From positions 224,001 to 288,000 of the IMG/VR virus record IMGVR_UViG_642918906_000001: a stretch of DNA of 64,000 nucleotides. One strand, written 5' to 3'. The notes under the pieces are model-generated. The model had not been told where the DNA came from and made no database searches. It saw only the letters and a list, made by a program, of their open reading frames with translations. How positions within the stretch are numbered: position 1 is the first letter of the stretch; every line of letters starts with the position of its first letter. This DNA comes from a virus (taxonomy: Duplodnaviria; Caudoviricetes). Positions 18,000 to 29,886 of the stretch are shown in pieces. Made by a program: the position numbers and the translations under genes.

Positions 18000-18415
18000 C
18001 AGTGAATATATCACATAAATTCCCGCACGACTACGATGAAGACGAATACATTGAGTCCGTGAAGAATAATCCATCGACCAAGCTTTTTGATGAACATGAT
18101 CTACGTACAGACTATCGTCTGCGCAAAGCCGGTGTAGCTGGACTCCTAGAAGAAGCCGGTCGTTACATTAAAGATCTGGTGACCTCTGATGGAGAGCTAA
18201 CTGTAGAGAAAGTCGACTTTGATAATTTTGTTAACCAACGACTGGGTTCGGTAGCAAGTGCACTTGATGGTAATATGCCATCCACTCGTTGGGTGGTATT
18301 AGATTATCAATTTGAGGTAATCAAAGATCCAACTACAGGTAAAGTCGAATTACTTGAAGAAACTCGACCTGTTGGGAGTATAGCTACTGCCTATTGGGAT
18401 CTGGTGAACGGATAA
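17996..18415 (+). CDS. Acidic hypothetical protein, YWxxVN family
   Basis: ATGA coupling; ends IATAYWDLVNG. Confidence 0.8.
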   Translation: MTVNISHKFPHDYDEDEYIESVKNNPSTKLFDEHDLRTDYRLRKAGVAGLLEEAGRYIKDLVTSDGELTVEKVDFDNFVNQRLGSVASALDGNMPSTRWVVLDYQFEVIKDPTTGKVELLEETRPVGSIATAYWDLVNG

Positions 18416-18439
18416 TTTACTACATTAGCTAATAATGTA
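18416..18439 (+). promoter_or_regulatory. Putative middle-type promoter
   Basis: TTTAC-N15-TGTA upstream of dcd. Confidence 0.4.
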
Positions 18440-18464
18440 CACCATCCATTCAAAGGTTAACTAA

Positions 18465-19052
18465 ATGACAATTCTTGCAGACTGGCAGATCCATACCCTG
18501 TGTACTGGTGACAAGCCAATGATCACCCCATTCCACGCTGAGAAAATGCGATACATCGGCGATGGGATTCGGGTACCTTCTTTCGGTCTTTCGAGCTACG
18601 GTTATGATATCTCGATCTCTGATAAAGGGTTGAAGCTGTTTACTGACGTACACTGTATCGAAGTAGACCCACGCAATATTGATCCACGTATTTACATCGA
18701 ACCTGTAATCAAGTACGCCAATGATGGCGCGCCATATGTATCGTTACCACCTAACGGCTTCCTGTTGGGTCATACGCTTGAATGGTTCGACATGCCTAAT
18801 AACGTATTGGGTAACTGCCTAGGTAAGTCTACTTACGCTCGTGGTGCAGTATCGGTTATCGTTACACCACTGGAACCTGACTGGTCCGGTAATCTGGTTG
18901 TGGAAGTAGTAAACAACTGCAACCTACCAGTGCGCGTGTATTTGAACTGTGGTATCGCACAGGTCCTGTTCTTCCAAGGTGAACCATGTGACTCCGGTTA
19001 TGGTGACGGGAAGTATCAGGGACAAAAGGGTACTCAAGACGCAATTGCTTAA
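18465..19052 (+). CDS. dcd: dCTP deaminase
   Basis: SFGLSSYGYD, GKSTYAR, TPLEPDWSGNL, GIAQVLF, GKYQGQ. Confidence 0.93.
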   Translation: MTILADWQIHTLCTGDKPMITPFHAEKMRYIGDGIRVPSFGLSSYGYDISISDKGLKLFTDVHCIEVDPRNIDPRIYIEPVIKYANDGAPYVSLPPNGFLLGHTLEWFDMPNNVLGNCLGKSTYARGAVSVIVTPLEPDWSGNLVVEVVNNCNLPVRVYLNCGIAQVLFFQGEPCDSGYGDGKYQGQKGTQDAIA

Positions 19053-19057
19053 TTAAC

Positions 19058-19082
19058 GGGGGTTCTTCGGAACCCCTTTTAT
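19058..19082 (+). terminator. Rho-independent terminator
   Basis: GGGGTTC-TTCG-GAACCCC-TTTT. Confidence 0.9.
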
Positions 19083-19106
19083 ATCGTCTTTTATTTGGAT
19101 TTGATT

Positions 19107-22104
<2,998 letters not shown>

Positions 22105-22112
22105 GGTGTGTA

Positions 22113-23219
22113 ATGCAGTGGCTTAAAAAACTGTTTGGTGGCGAACCTTGTGGTACCGGTGGCGATGAACCTAAGAAAGAACCATTTACTATCATGTCGC
22201 TGTATGACAAGATCGTAAAGGATGCGTATCAATACCCTACCCATGTTGGTCGACTTGAACTGGAATATAAATTACCCCACGGTGAGCACGTATACAAGCG
22301 GGATGTGGTTCTTAAATTTGACCCTAAGGAATGTGAGATCAAGTATTGCCGTATCGACTGTAACGATTTCTCCGTGTTTACCTTCCGGCTAGACGATCTT
22401 CGTAAACACATTATTAACACTGGCAGTGAGCACGTTTATGAACTTGATCGATATAACCTTGAGTTCAAGTTGAGTTGGGTTAACTACGCTGAGATGGAAA
22501 AGCTAACGGCATTGGGTGTACGGGCTCTACTGGAAGAAACTCCACTTGGGACAGCACTTCGAGCATTCAATCACCTGTACATGGTCAGTAATGACGCACC
22601 GGATGAGTCCGCCTTGTATCTAACTCATATAGGTGGTCATCGCAGTGTCCCACATTGGGTGACAGACAGTTATTACCATTTCGGTAAGGTGAGTGAGACT
22701 AGTACCTTACCTTCGTTGATTGTAACTGATGACCGTATTTGTGACGTGAAGTATCTCCCGATGGATCATCACCGACGTTGGGTCACTTTCACAGAGACTA
22801 CTGGCCAGGGGGTTGTTACCATCGTACCGACTGAGAGCTTTACTGGTAAAGTGATTAGTTGTGACGTGGTATTCGATCTTGACGATCCAGCTATGGCTGG
22901 TGTGAGTGTCAACGTCTGTAAACTGTTGTACGATGCATGTGGTGACCTATGGCGCGATAGGTTTAAAGAACTCTACGGAGGTGCAGCGAAAAATAACTCC
23001 GCACTCGCCCTGATTCTCGAACCAAAAGACTTGAAAGTTAAATGGGGTGGAATCCATTACAATCTGTGGGATTTCATATACGACCAAATTGAGAAATTCG
23101 ATCCTGAGAAACGACCTTACATCCTTACTAATGTATCGCCAGTCAACATCCTAGAAAACATCTTCGGTATTGATCGGCATGGTAATATGACCTTTAAACC
23201 AGCAGAGGCGCAACAATGA
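22113..23219 (+). CDS. Hypothetical protein (paralog of 23216-24247)
   Basis: GAGG RBS; shared C-terminal motifs with next gene. Confidence 0.85.
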   Translation: MQWLKKLFGGEPCGTGGDEPKKEPFTIMSLYDKIVKDAYQYPTHVGRLELEYKLPHGEHVYKRDVVLKFDPKECEIKYCRIDCNDFSVFTFRLDDLRKHIINTGSEHVYELDRYNLEFKLSWVNYAEMEKLTALGVRALLEETPLGTALRAFNHLYMVSNDAPDESALYLTHIGGHRSVPHWVTDSYYHFGKVSETSTLPSLIVTDDRICDVKYLPMDHHRRWVTFTETTGQGVVTIVPTESFTGKVISCDVVFDLDDPAMAGVSVNVCKLLYDACGDLWRDRFKELYGGAAKNNSALALILEPKDLKVKWGGIHYNLWDFIYDQIEKFDPEKRPYILTNVSPVNILENIFGIDRHGNMTFKPAEAQQ

Positions 23220-24247
23220 GTGTTATCGGTGACATTAAGAAATACCTTACTCATCAGTTTACTGATCCTACGGTATTCTTGGGTATTGCCCAGATGCTTC
23301 AAGCGGGTATTCCAATCGTAAAGGTACGTTATCGTAATGTACCAGAACCTCGATATTACATGGGCACTGGCGAGCGTTATGGTAACGGTGTGGGTAAACA
23401 TGCTCGTTGGATGATGACGGTAACCCACTTCAAACAACACGATGATGGCATTAGTCGTTTGGAACCTGAGATTAGTCCTTGGATGGACCAACGCGAGTTG
23501 GATCTTTTGCTCCAATGGCACAACTATGATATCCATGTGATGGAAGCCACCTTCGTATCAGCTGTAACAGCTGAGGATCAGGTCGACATCATCAAGGATA
23601 TCGTACGTCGTTTGAAGCCTGGTCAAGGTTACAACTATAGCGGTTCTGAGATCAAGACTGATTGCATCCAACCGGACGGTTATCTGATCCATACCGGTAG
23701 CCATAAACGAATCGTACCTGAACGATTCATTAATACTGGTCTGGTATTCCCACGAGATCAATTCGGCAATGACTTCAAAACGAAGAACTTGTTCGTAGCC
23801 GATGAGAAGCGTATTAGACGTCAACATCGTTCGAACAAAGATCTCCATCGGTGGCTGGTGGTTAAACCAGTGGTCAGTGTAAATGATCAATGGGCTATTA
23901 AATACACCAATGGTCACACAGCACATGCACCGGTACATTATTACAGTGTCGATATTGACATTGATAATAAAGCCATGAAGGGCCACCCCTTCTATATCCG
24001 TGAACTGGTAGAACAGGCCCTTAAGGACATTCATGCGATACACTCCGATGGTGACTACGTTTTCAATCCAGATAACGTTTTGATCACATGGGACGGTCGT
24101 TCAGAAACCCTCCCTAAATGGTTAGAACGCGCAGCGCGGTATCGTGCTTCTAATGATGAGGAACCGATCATCATCACTGAGAATTTCAATGGTGAAGTTG
24201 ATTTCGGTTACTATAATAATGTAAAACTAACTTTGGGGAATAAATAA
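23216..24247 (+). CDS. Hypothetical protein (paralog of 22113-23219)
   Basis: ATGA coupling. Confidence 0.85.
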   Translation: MSVIGDIKKYLTHQFTDPTVFLGIAQMLQAGIPIVKVRYRNVPEPRYYMGTGERYGNGVGKHARWMMTVTHFKQHDDGISRLEPEISPWMDQRELDLLLQWHNYDIHVMEATFVSAVTAEDQVDIIKDIVRRLKPGQGYNYSGSEIKTDCIQPDGYLIHTGSHKRIVPERFINTGLVFPRDQFGNDFKTKNLFVADEKRIRRQHRSNKDLHRWLVVKPVVSVNDQWAIKYTNGHTAHAPVHYYSVDIDIDNKAMKGHPFYIRELVEQALKDIHAIHSDGDYVFNPDNVLITWDGRSETLPKWLERAARYRASNDEEPIIITENFNGEVDFGYYNNVKLTLGNK

Positions 24248-24486
24248 TGACACGTACACGACTCGAGAAAAAATTGCTGAAAGACTACCTCCATTCACAA
24301 AGCTTTGTTGAGTGGTTCCAAGACTTCCGTGGTGCACTACTGGAAACCTTGGAAGAGAACAATGATCCTCGGGTTATCATCCGTCAGTTCAAGAACCGTA
24401 TGGTTAAACGGGGTAACCGTAATGTGTGGTTCCGTCGTACGCGGATGGCACATTACGTTAAAGTGGCATTGGACCTCGATCTGTAA
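24247..24486 (+). CDS. Small basic hypothetical protein
   Basis: TAATG coupling. Confidence 0.72.
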   Translation: MTRTRLEKKLLKDYLHSQSFVEWFQDFRGALLETLEENNDPRVIIRQFKNRMVKRGNRNVWFRRTRMAHYVKVALDLDL

Positions 24487-24519
24487 CCAATCCTGTAGTC
24501 TAACTACAGGGGCTACACC

Positions 24520-24927
24520 ATGACCTTTAATGTTGTTGAAACAGTGGTTGATCTGAACTATCGGTTCAACCGCACCTACTACGAACACGGGGATAACCTA
24601 GTTAAAGTAGGTAATAAAGATTGGGGATTCACTGACGCGGATATTGTAGAGATCAAGTTGTATGGTTGGCAAGCTAAAGAACAGAAACTTAAGTTCTATA
24701 AAGAACGTAACTATGTTCAGCAAGACCGATTGATCTTTACGATCTTTGATGAATACACTAACCTGATTCAAACTGAACTGCATGTAATCCTTTCTGAGAA
24801 AAGAACTTACTGGCGTGAGAACCGCGAGACCCGTGGTCGCACGTTCCCTAATTTCTCATTAAAGCTTAAGATCATTCAAGATCCAAACAAGAAGACTTAC
24901 GTGTGGTCTGGGGAGTATTGGGGATGA
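24520..24927 (+). CDS. Hypothetical protein
   Basis: Preceded by CCTGTAG/CTACAGG hairpin and AGGGG RBS. Confidence 0.78.
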   Translation: MTFNVVETVVDLNYRFNRTYYEHGDNLVKVGNKDWGFTDADIVEIKLYGWQAKEQKLKFYKERNYVQQDRLIFTIFDEYTNLIQTELHVILSEKRTYWRENRETRGRTFPNFSLKLKIIQDPNKKTYVWSGEYWG

Positions 24928-25352
24928 AGTCATCAACGCGTATCACGATACCTATTATCCACGGTGTTAATGGTTGCATCATGGATTTCCCATTTACACG
25001 TCAGGGTGAGACTAGGTTGGCTCCAATCAAATGGATTACACCTATCGAAGTTGAATACCCTGATGGATGGGCCATCTTTAAACTGAAAACCGTTCCTACC
25101 TTGATCCTTTATGAAGACCATAAAGAGTTCGAGATATGGGATCAGTACATGATGTCCAAACCTAAGTTGGTAGGTCGAGTTAAAATCAACTGCACTACCG
25201 ATTATTATGAAGTCGAACTTGAACCTAAGTACAGGTGTTTCCGACTGAGTATGATTCTGTTGGTACACCATAACCCACAGGAACCTTTTTATACCAATGC
25301 GTTTCGTAACCGTACTCCGTATGGTGAGTGGCGCTATAAGGATGTTATCTAA
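24924..25352 (+). CDS. Hypothetical protein
   Basis: ATGA coupling. Confidence 0.78.
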   Translation: MKSSTRITIPIIHGVNGCIMDFPFTRQGETRLAPIKWITPIEVEYPDGWAIFKLKTVPTLILYEDHKEFEIWDQYMMSKPKLVGRVKINCTTDYYEVELEPKYRCFRLSMILLVHHNPQEPFYTNAFRNRTPYGEWRYKDVI

Positions 25353-25601
25353 ATGTGGAACGATCCGTTAATCACCCCAAAGCCGGCTGCCAGGCCACCA
25401 GCACCAAAGGCACCACCACGGAAACCGGCTAAGAAGAAGCCTAAACCAAAGCCTAGGCCTAAGTCCACTGCTAAGTTGGAGAAAGACCTAGCTACCCTAA
25501 AAGAGTTGACTAAGTCTCAAGGTATCCAGCTTGCACGTTTGGGTGAGATCGTTACCAACCTTCAGTTGAATCATATTGATCGAATCGCGGTGGATACATG
25601 A
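25353..25601 (+). CDS. Pro/Lys-rich coiled-coil protein
   Basis: PKPAARPPAPKAPPRKPAKKKPKPKP then heptad repeat. Confidence 0.75.
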   Translation: MWNDPLITPKPAARPPAPKAPPRKPAKKKPKPKPRPKSTAKLEKDLATLKELTKSQGIQLARLGEIVTNLQLNHIDRIAVDT

Positions 25602-25921
25602 ATGACTTATGGGAATTGTTAAAGAAAGTCTTTTGTTCGAAGCGTAGTGAAGGGCACCATAAGAAACTTCATGACGCTTGTACACGCAAACCTTTACCTG
25701 ATAAGGCTCCACCTGGACCACCTAAGATCAATAAAGTTACTACCGTAAGGCTTGAGGTCGATATGGCAAAACAAACTAAGAAAGATAAGATTGTTGAACT
25801 AGAACGTGAACTCAAAGACCTGCGTCAACAATCTGAGAATCAAACAGCTTTGTTGGAAGTTATCGTTAAAGAGTTGTCTGGTCTACGCCGTGATCTCTCA
25901 CACCTACTCCCGGAGAAATAA
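25598..25921 (+). CDS. Pro-rich coiled-coil protein (likely paralog of 25353-25601)
   Basis: KAPPGPPK then LERELKDLRQQ heptads; ATGA coupling. Confidence 0.72.
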   Translation: MNDLWELLKKVFCSKRSEGHHKKLHDACTRKPLPDKAPPGPPKINKVTTVRLEVDMAKQTKKDKIVELERELKDLRQQSENQTALLEVIVKELSGLRRDLSHLLPEK

Positions 25922-25923
25922 GA

Positions 25924-26739
25924 ATGGCAATTGCAGTAGTTAACCATAGTGATCTTGTTAAGTTCACCGATGACTTGGGGTTTCCTAAGTACACCAAAGT
26001 AAAACTGGAACCGGGTGGTATTGGTTATCAGTATTACGATAAATGGGTACGCGAGAACGTGCAGTGGATTGACCTCATCAACCTAGATCCATCGGTACAT
26101 GTACGTATCACTGAATCGGCTCAATTGGTTGGCGAAATCCCTGAGGCGTGGAATCTCCGCCACCAACAGTTCCTTGAAGGTACCGAAGAACTAAACTCCT
26201 TTAAGGCAATCAGTACCGAGATCGATGGCGTTCCAATTGAGATTGAAACCCACGTGAACCGTAATGCCATTAAAGTAGCCGTAACTACAACTGAGTTGAA
26301 ATACAAGGTTGATTACGTCAAGTCTTTTGAAGGTGATGTACTCAATGAGAACCATTTGGTAATTGCCGTATTCGATTCTCCAGAAGATACTAGCATTAGC
26401 TATACGACGGAACTACCTGTTGACGTAATCTGGACAACTAAAGTTGACCACGTTGACGAAGGTGGTGTCGAGGTACCGTACCTTTTCAAACGGGCTTATT
26501 ACAACGATCCAGTGAAGGAAGAATCACATCCATGGATCTACGTGGGTAGCCTAACCGACGAAGAATACGAGATCTGGAAAGAGTACAATATCGAGAAACC
26601 TAAGACACTCGAAGATATGCTCGATACGGATTTCCGTGGTATTGATGAATCAAAAGTAAAAGCCGCCGCTGAATCTACCTTAACGTTGGCTAATGCTATT
26701 GGCGATGCCCGTAAAGGTATCAGTCATTTAGCTAGTTAA
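25924..26739 (+). CDS. Acidic hypothetical protein (271 aa)
   Basis: GGAG RBS, long ORF. Confidence 0.85.
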   Translation: MAIAVVNHSDLVKFTDDLGFPKYTKVKLEPGGIGYQYYDKWVRENVQWIDLINLDPSVHVRITESAQLVGEIPEAWNLRHQQFLEGTEELNSFKAISTEIDGVPIEIETHVNRNAIKVAVTTTELKYKVDYVKSFEGDVLNENHLVIAVFDSPEDTSISYTTELPVDVIWTTKVDHVDEGGVEVPYLFKRAYYNDPVKEESHPWIYVGSLTDEEYEIWKEYNIEKPKTLEDMLDTDFRGIDESKVKAAAESTLTLANAIGDARKGISHLAS

Positions 26740-26743
26740 ATTA

Positions 26744-26769
26744 GTCCTCCCTTCGGGGAGGATTTATTC
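26744..26769 (+). terminator. Rho-independent terminator
   Basis: TCCTCCC-TTCG-GGGAGGA-TTTATT. Confidence 0.88.
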
Positions 26770-26789
26770 TGTTTTGGAGTGGGTTAACA

Positions 26790-27032
26790 ATGCTTAAAAT
26801 ATTTGAGTTGATCTCATTAAATACATGGTTTCGTAAATTTGCCGCTGAATATAAAGTGGCCAAAGTTAAGTTGCTTCAACGTGAATTGGCATCGTGCAAT
26901 AAACGTTTAACTGATATCATCCAGCTAGCTAATGCGAACCCCACTGTAGACTACTCAGGGAAGATCATTGGATACTGTGATCTGATTCGACATTACGAAT
27001 GTAAGCTTATTAATAATGGCGTACAGATTTAA
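26790..27032 (+). CDS. Hypothetical protein
   Basis: GGAG RBS. Confidence 0.72.
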   Translation: MLKIFELISLNTWFRKFAAEYKVAKVKLLQRELASCNKRLTDIIQLANANPTVDYSGKIIGYCDLIRHYECKLINNGVQI

Positions 27033-27068
27033 CACTATAGTCTGCCCTCAATAACAAAGGTTTAACGG

Positions 27069-27437
27069 ATGCTAAGTTTAACACACGTAACACGACTGAT
27101 GCTATTAACTGGAGCTTTGATGTTCCCTACAATGGCACACAGCGTTCAACAGGTTTTCGTTGATCAGCTTTATTGTGATGGTCTAGCTGATATGGCTAAG
27201 GCTGGAGCAGAAGCTAAGCAACGAGGTGAGTCACTTCAACAGTGGCGAAACAACATGTTGGCCATGAAAGGCTACGGCGTGCGCAACGAAGATAACGTTC
27301 TTTTCCGCGTTCTGCCACAAGCAATTGAAGAAGCTGGTGAAGTCTATAAGGCAAAGCGTCCTCCGGTTGCCACCTACATCGCTACTTATAAAGCTTGCAT
27401 GGTATCAGACTTCGGTCATACCAAAATACTGCGATAA
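27069..27437 (+). CDS. Putative exported protein with signal peptide and two Cys
   Basis: Hydrophobic N-terminus ending AHS; YCDGLADMAK...QRG and C-terminal YKAC. Confidence 0.75.
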   Translation: MLSLTHVTRLMLLTGALMFPTMAHSVQQVFVDQLYCDGLADMAKAGAEAKQRGESLQQWRNNMLAMKGYGVRNEDNVLFRVLPQAIEEAGEVYKAKRPPVATYIATYKACMVSDFGHTKILR

Positions 27438-27442
27438 AACAT

Positions 27443-27470
27443 CCCCTCCGAAAGGAGGGGCTTTATTTCG
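27443..27470 (+). terminator. Rho-independent terminator
   Basis: CCCCTCC-GAAA-GGAGGGG-CTTTATTT. Confidence 0.85.
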
Positions 27471-27481
27471 AGGATGCCTTC

Positions 27482-27694
27482 ATGACTTTGCTAAATAAGG
27501 TTTACTTTTTTGTGATTCTACCACTTTGGTTAGGCTCAGCTAGCCTTAACATATATGCGTTCTTCAAGAAACGTACTGTACGTAGTCCAATGTTCAGACG
27601 TTGGAATCTAACCCATAGTGTCACTCAGGTGACCACCATCCTATTCGGTCTCTTAGTAGGTTTCCTAGGGGCTGAAGTTTATCGAAACTGGTGA
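27482..27694 (+). CDS. Small membrane protein (2 TM)
   Basis: GAGG RBS before ATG 27482; two hydrophobic stretches. Confidence 0.72.
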   Translation: MTLLNKVYFFVILPLWLGSASLNIYAFFKKRTVRSPMFRRWNLTHSVTQVTTILFGLLVGFLGAEVYRNW

Positions 27695-27699
27695 ATTAA

Positions 27700-27933
27700 A
27701 TGTTTGAATACCTTAACGCTAAATTGATTCAACCTTTCCTACTCCGTCGTAAGTTGGCTAAACTCAAATTACTGCGAGAAGAATACGAGATACACAAATG
27801 GGCGTACGGTACCAGTGTACCTAATGAACGTAGTAAATGGTGTGATAAAAGAGCCAGTGCTATTAAGAATGAAATCCTTAATCTACTGACCGATGACGCC
27901 TACCCGTGGAACGCTGAGAATAAGGCTAAGTAA
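27700..27933 (+). CDS. Hypothetical protein
   Basis: Fits gene chain. Confidence 0.7.
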   Translation: MFEYLNAKLIQPFLLRRKLAKLKLLREEYEIHKWAYGTSVPNERSKWCDKRASAIKNEILNLLTDDAYPWNAENKAK

Positions 27934-28277
27934 TGATTCCTTTCAAGGACGCAGATCAGTGGCGTATTAGTGAAGGTTATGCTGACATGACTGTCATTAA
28001 TACAGGTGGCTGTGAGAACTTCGCAACCGACATGCTACACCACATACCTAACGGTGAATTGATAGGTACTGAAAACGTGGTCTGCTGGGATCACACAGAT
28101 ACATGGCCAGGTGGCCACTGTTGGATTTACGATGGTGACAAACATTATGACAGTGAAGCACTAGACGGCGTGGATGACTGGCGACAACTTCCTTTCTTTA
28201 GTACTCGCCTCAAAGAACTTCGCGAAGTAACAGAATGTGATTGTCCACAAGTATGTTTTGTGAAAGTAAATAAATGA
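27933..28277 (+). CDS. Hypothetical protein with candidate Cys-His-Asp (papain/transglutaminase-like) triad
   Basis: INTGGCENFA...GGHCWI...HYDSE. Confidence 0.65.
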   Translation: MIPFKDADQWRISEGYADMTVINTGGCENFATDMLHHIPNGELIGTENVVCWDHTDTWPGGHCWIYDGDKHYDSEALDGVDDWRQLPFFSTRLKELREVTECDCPQVCFVKVNK

Positions 28278-28282
28278 CATAA

Positions 28283-28321
28283 CCCCCTCCATTACGGAGG
28301 GGGATGGTCTAATTCTTTTTT
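28283..28321 (+). terminator. Hairpin terminator
   Basis: CCCCCTCC/GGAGGGGG stem, U tract downstream. Confidence 0.7.
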
Positions 28322-28330
28322 GGAGGTTTT

Positions 28331-28531
28331 ATGTATCACGTATATATCTGGTTGTCCCTAGCAATAACCTTTATTGCTTTAGTTTGGTTTGAACATAAGC
28401 AACTTACCAATGGTGGCCTGTTCTACGGATTTGGATTCTTCTTTAGTAGCATCGGATTCACACTTTCAACTATTGGTTGTGTTATCAGCATACTCATCGG
28501 TGCGGTGGAGTTGTTTAAGCTTTTAACTTAA
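28331..28531 (+). CDS. Small membrane protein (2 TM)
   Basis: GGAGG RBS; hydrophobic. Confidence 0.75.
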   Translation: MYHVYIWLSLAITFIALVWFEHKQLTNGGLFYGFGFFFSSIGFTLSTIGCVISILIGAVELFKLLT

Positions 28532-28560
28532 CTCAAAAGATTTCAGATTTATATCATGTA
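28530..28560 (+). promoter_or_regulatory. Early-type promoter variant upstream of SspB-like gene
   Basis: AACTCAAAAGATTTCAGATTTATATCATGTA, near-identical to 9925-9955. Confidence 0.75.
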
Positions 28561-28603
28561 GTTGAGTTATAAACCACTTCAATCAGCATAAGAGGAAACG
28601 TAC

Positions 28604-29725
28604 ATGTCTATCCAACGCATTACTTTCGAAGGTGTTCTGAACTGGCTGTCCACTAAGCAATCCGATAAGTGGCACATGGTATTTCAGGCATCTCAGTTTG
28701 ATCTGAATGACTTCGTTGATAGTGTTAGCTTCGGTCATCTGACTTTGAACCTGAGTCCTAACGCTACTCGTGACATGGCTCTGTATGATGAACACATCTA
28801 CTTCAAGATCTGCAAGCACGGCATCCCACAAGAGATGATGATTCCATATACAGCCTTGATGATCATTCAAGATCCAGATGATCCATCCGGTTCCATGCCA
28901 TGGCCTTATTTCTTGGATCATGGTGAAGACTACACTCCAGACGAAGATGAAGAACTTGACCAGGGTACCGTAGTTAAGAAATCCAATGTAATCGAACTAC
29001 CTAACTCGGGAGTTAAATTGGAGTTGCGTATTCCTACGCTGGAGGACTATAACAACCTGAATTTCGACAACGTACTTCAGTTCCCTAAAAAGGATGCTGA
29101 TGGAGAACTACCATCCGCCGAAGAAATTGCTGAACTCAATCAACTGATGTCGGACAATGGCATGGACATTAATCTGGTGGAGTTCAAACGAAATGACAAG
29201 GGTGAGTTTGAAGTTTCGCTTAGCCTTAATGATAATCCGGTAGTTGAATGGGACGGTAAAGATAAGCATCTCAAGCAACTGTCTGATAACCTACCTAAAG
29301 GACTGGTTTCCGATGACGGCATTATTGATGTAGTGAAGCTCGCTTCCAAGGCACAACGTCTGGCACTGGCTGCGCCGCCTACGTTGCAACAACGTATGGC
29401 TGAACGCGGTATGAGTGTGATCATCGGTGGAGCTAAGCCTGCTGAAGCTAGCATGCCTTTCATTGATGAAGTCTATCGTGCTAAGCGTGAACGCCGTGAA
29501 GCTATCCAGAAAGCGGCAGACGAAGCGTTGTTCAAAGAGCGAGCACTTCCAGCAGGTACAACCCTAGGTGAAATGCTTCAATCGCCCGGCATGACCATTC
29601 GTTCGGATGGTTCTAAAGGTAACTCGGTGTTCTTCCCTGATCTGGATGTACGTAAGTGCTACTTCCATACTCGACGTATTGTTCGTCCAGAATGGCTCCA
29701 AGTACATGAAGGGGGTCTGAAATGA
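28604..29725 (+). CDS. SspB-like (ClpXP adaptor) N-terminal domain with long acidic tail
   Basis: FEGVLNWL...GHLTLNLSPNATRDMAL.DEHIYF...GIPQEMMIPYTALMII matches the SspB pattern (DGQIVLNIAPRAV.NL...V.F...FGG.P..V.VP..AVLAI); ends RPEWLQVHEGGLK. Confidence 0.78.
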   Translation: MSIQRITFEGVLNWLSTKQSDKWHMVFQASQFDLNDFVDSVSFGHLTLNLSPNATRDMALYDEHIYFKICKHGIPQEMMIPYTALMIIQDPDDPSGSMPWPYFLDHGEDYTPDEDEELDQGTVVKKSNVIELPNSGVKLELRIPTLEDYNNLNFDNVLQFPKKDADGELPSAEEIAELNQLMSDNGMDINLVEFKRNDKGEFEVSLSLNDNPVVEWDGKDKHLKQLSDNLPKGLVSDDGIIDVVKLASKAQRLALAAPPTLQQRMAERGMSVIIGGAKPAEASMPFIDEVYRAKRERREAIQKAADEALFKERALPAGTTLGEMLQSPGMTIRSDGSKGNSVFFPDLDVRKCYFHTRRIVRPEWLQVHEGGLK

Positions 29726-29886
29726 TTGACGGTATTTTTGCAGCGGCGTACATCTTCACCATCTTAGGTTGGATAGGTATCCCGATGGCGGTGCTAGGTA
29801 ATAACGATAGGATGTTTAAATATCTATTACCCACTACCATTTGCTTTTCAATATTCACTGTAATATGGACTATTTTCTATGGATAA
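29722..29886 (+). CDS. Small membrane protein (54 aa, 2 TM)
   Basis: MIDGIFAAAYIFTILGWIGIPMAVLGNNDRMFKYLLPTTICFSIFTVIWTIFYG; ATGA coupling. Confidence 0.7.
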   Translation: MIDGIFAAAYIFTILGWIGIPMAVLGNNDRMFKYLLPTTICFSIFTVIWTIFYG

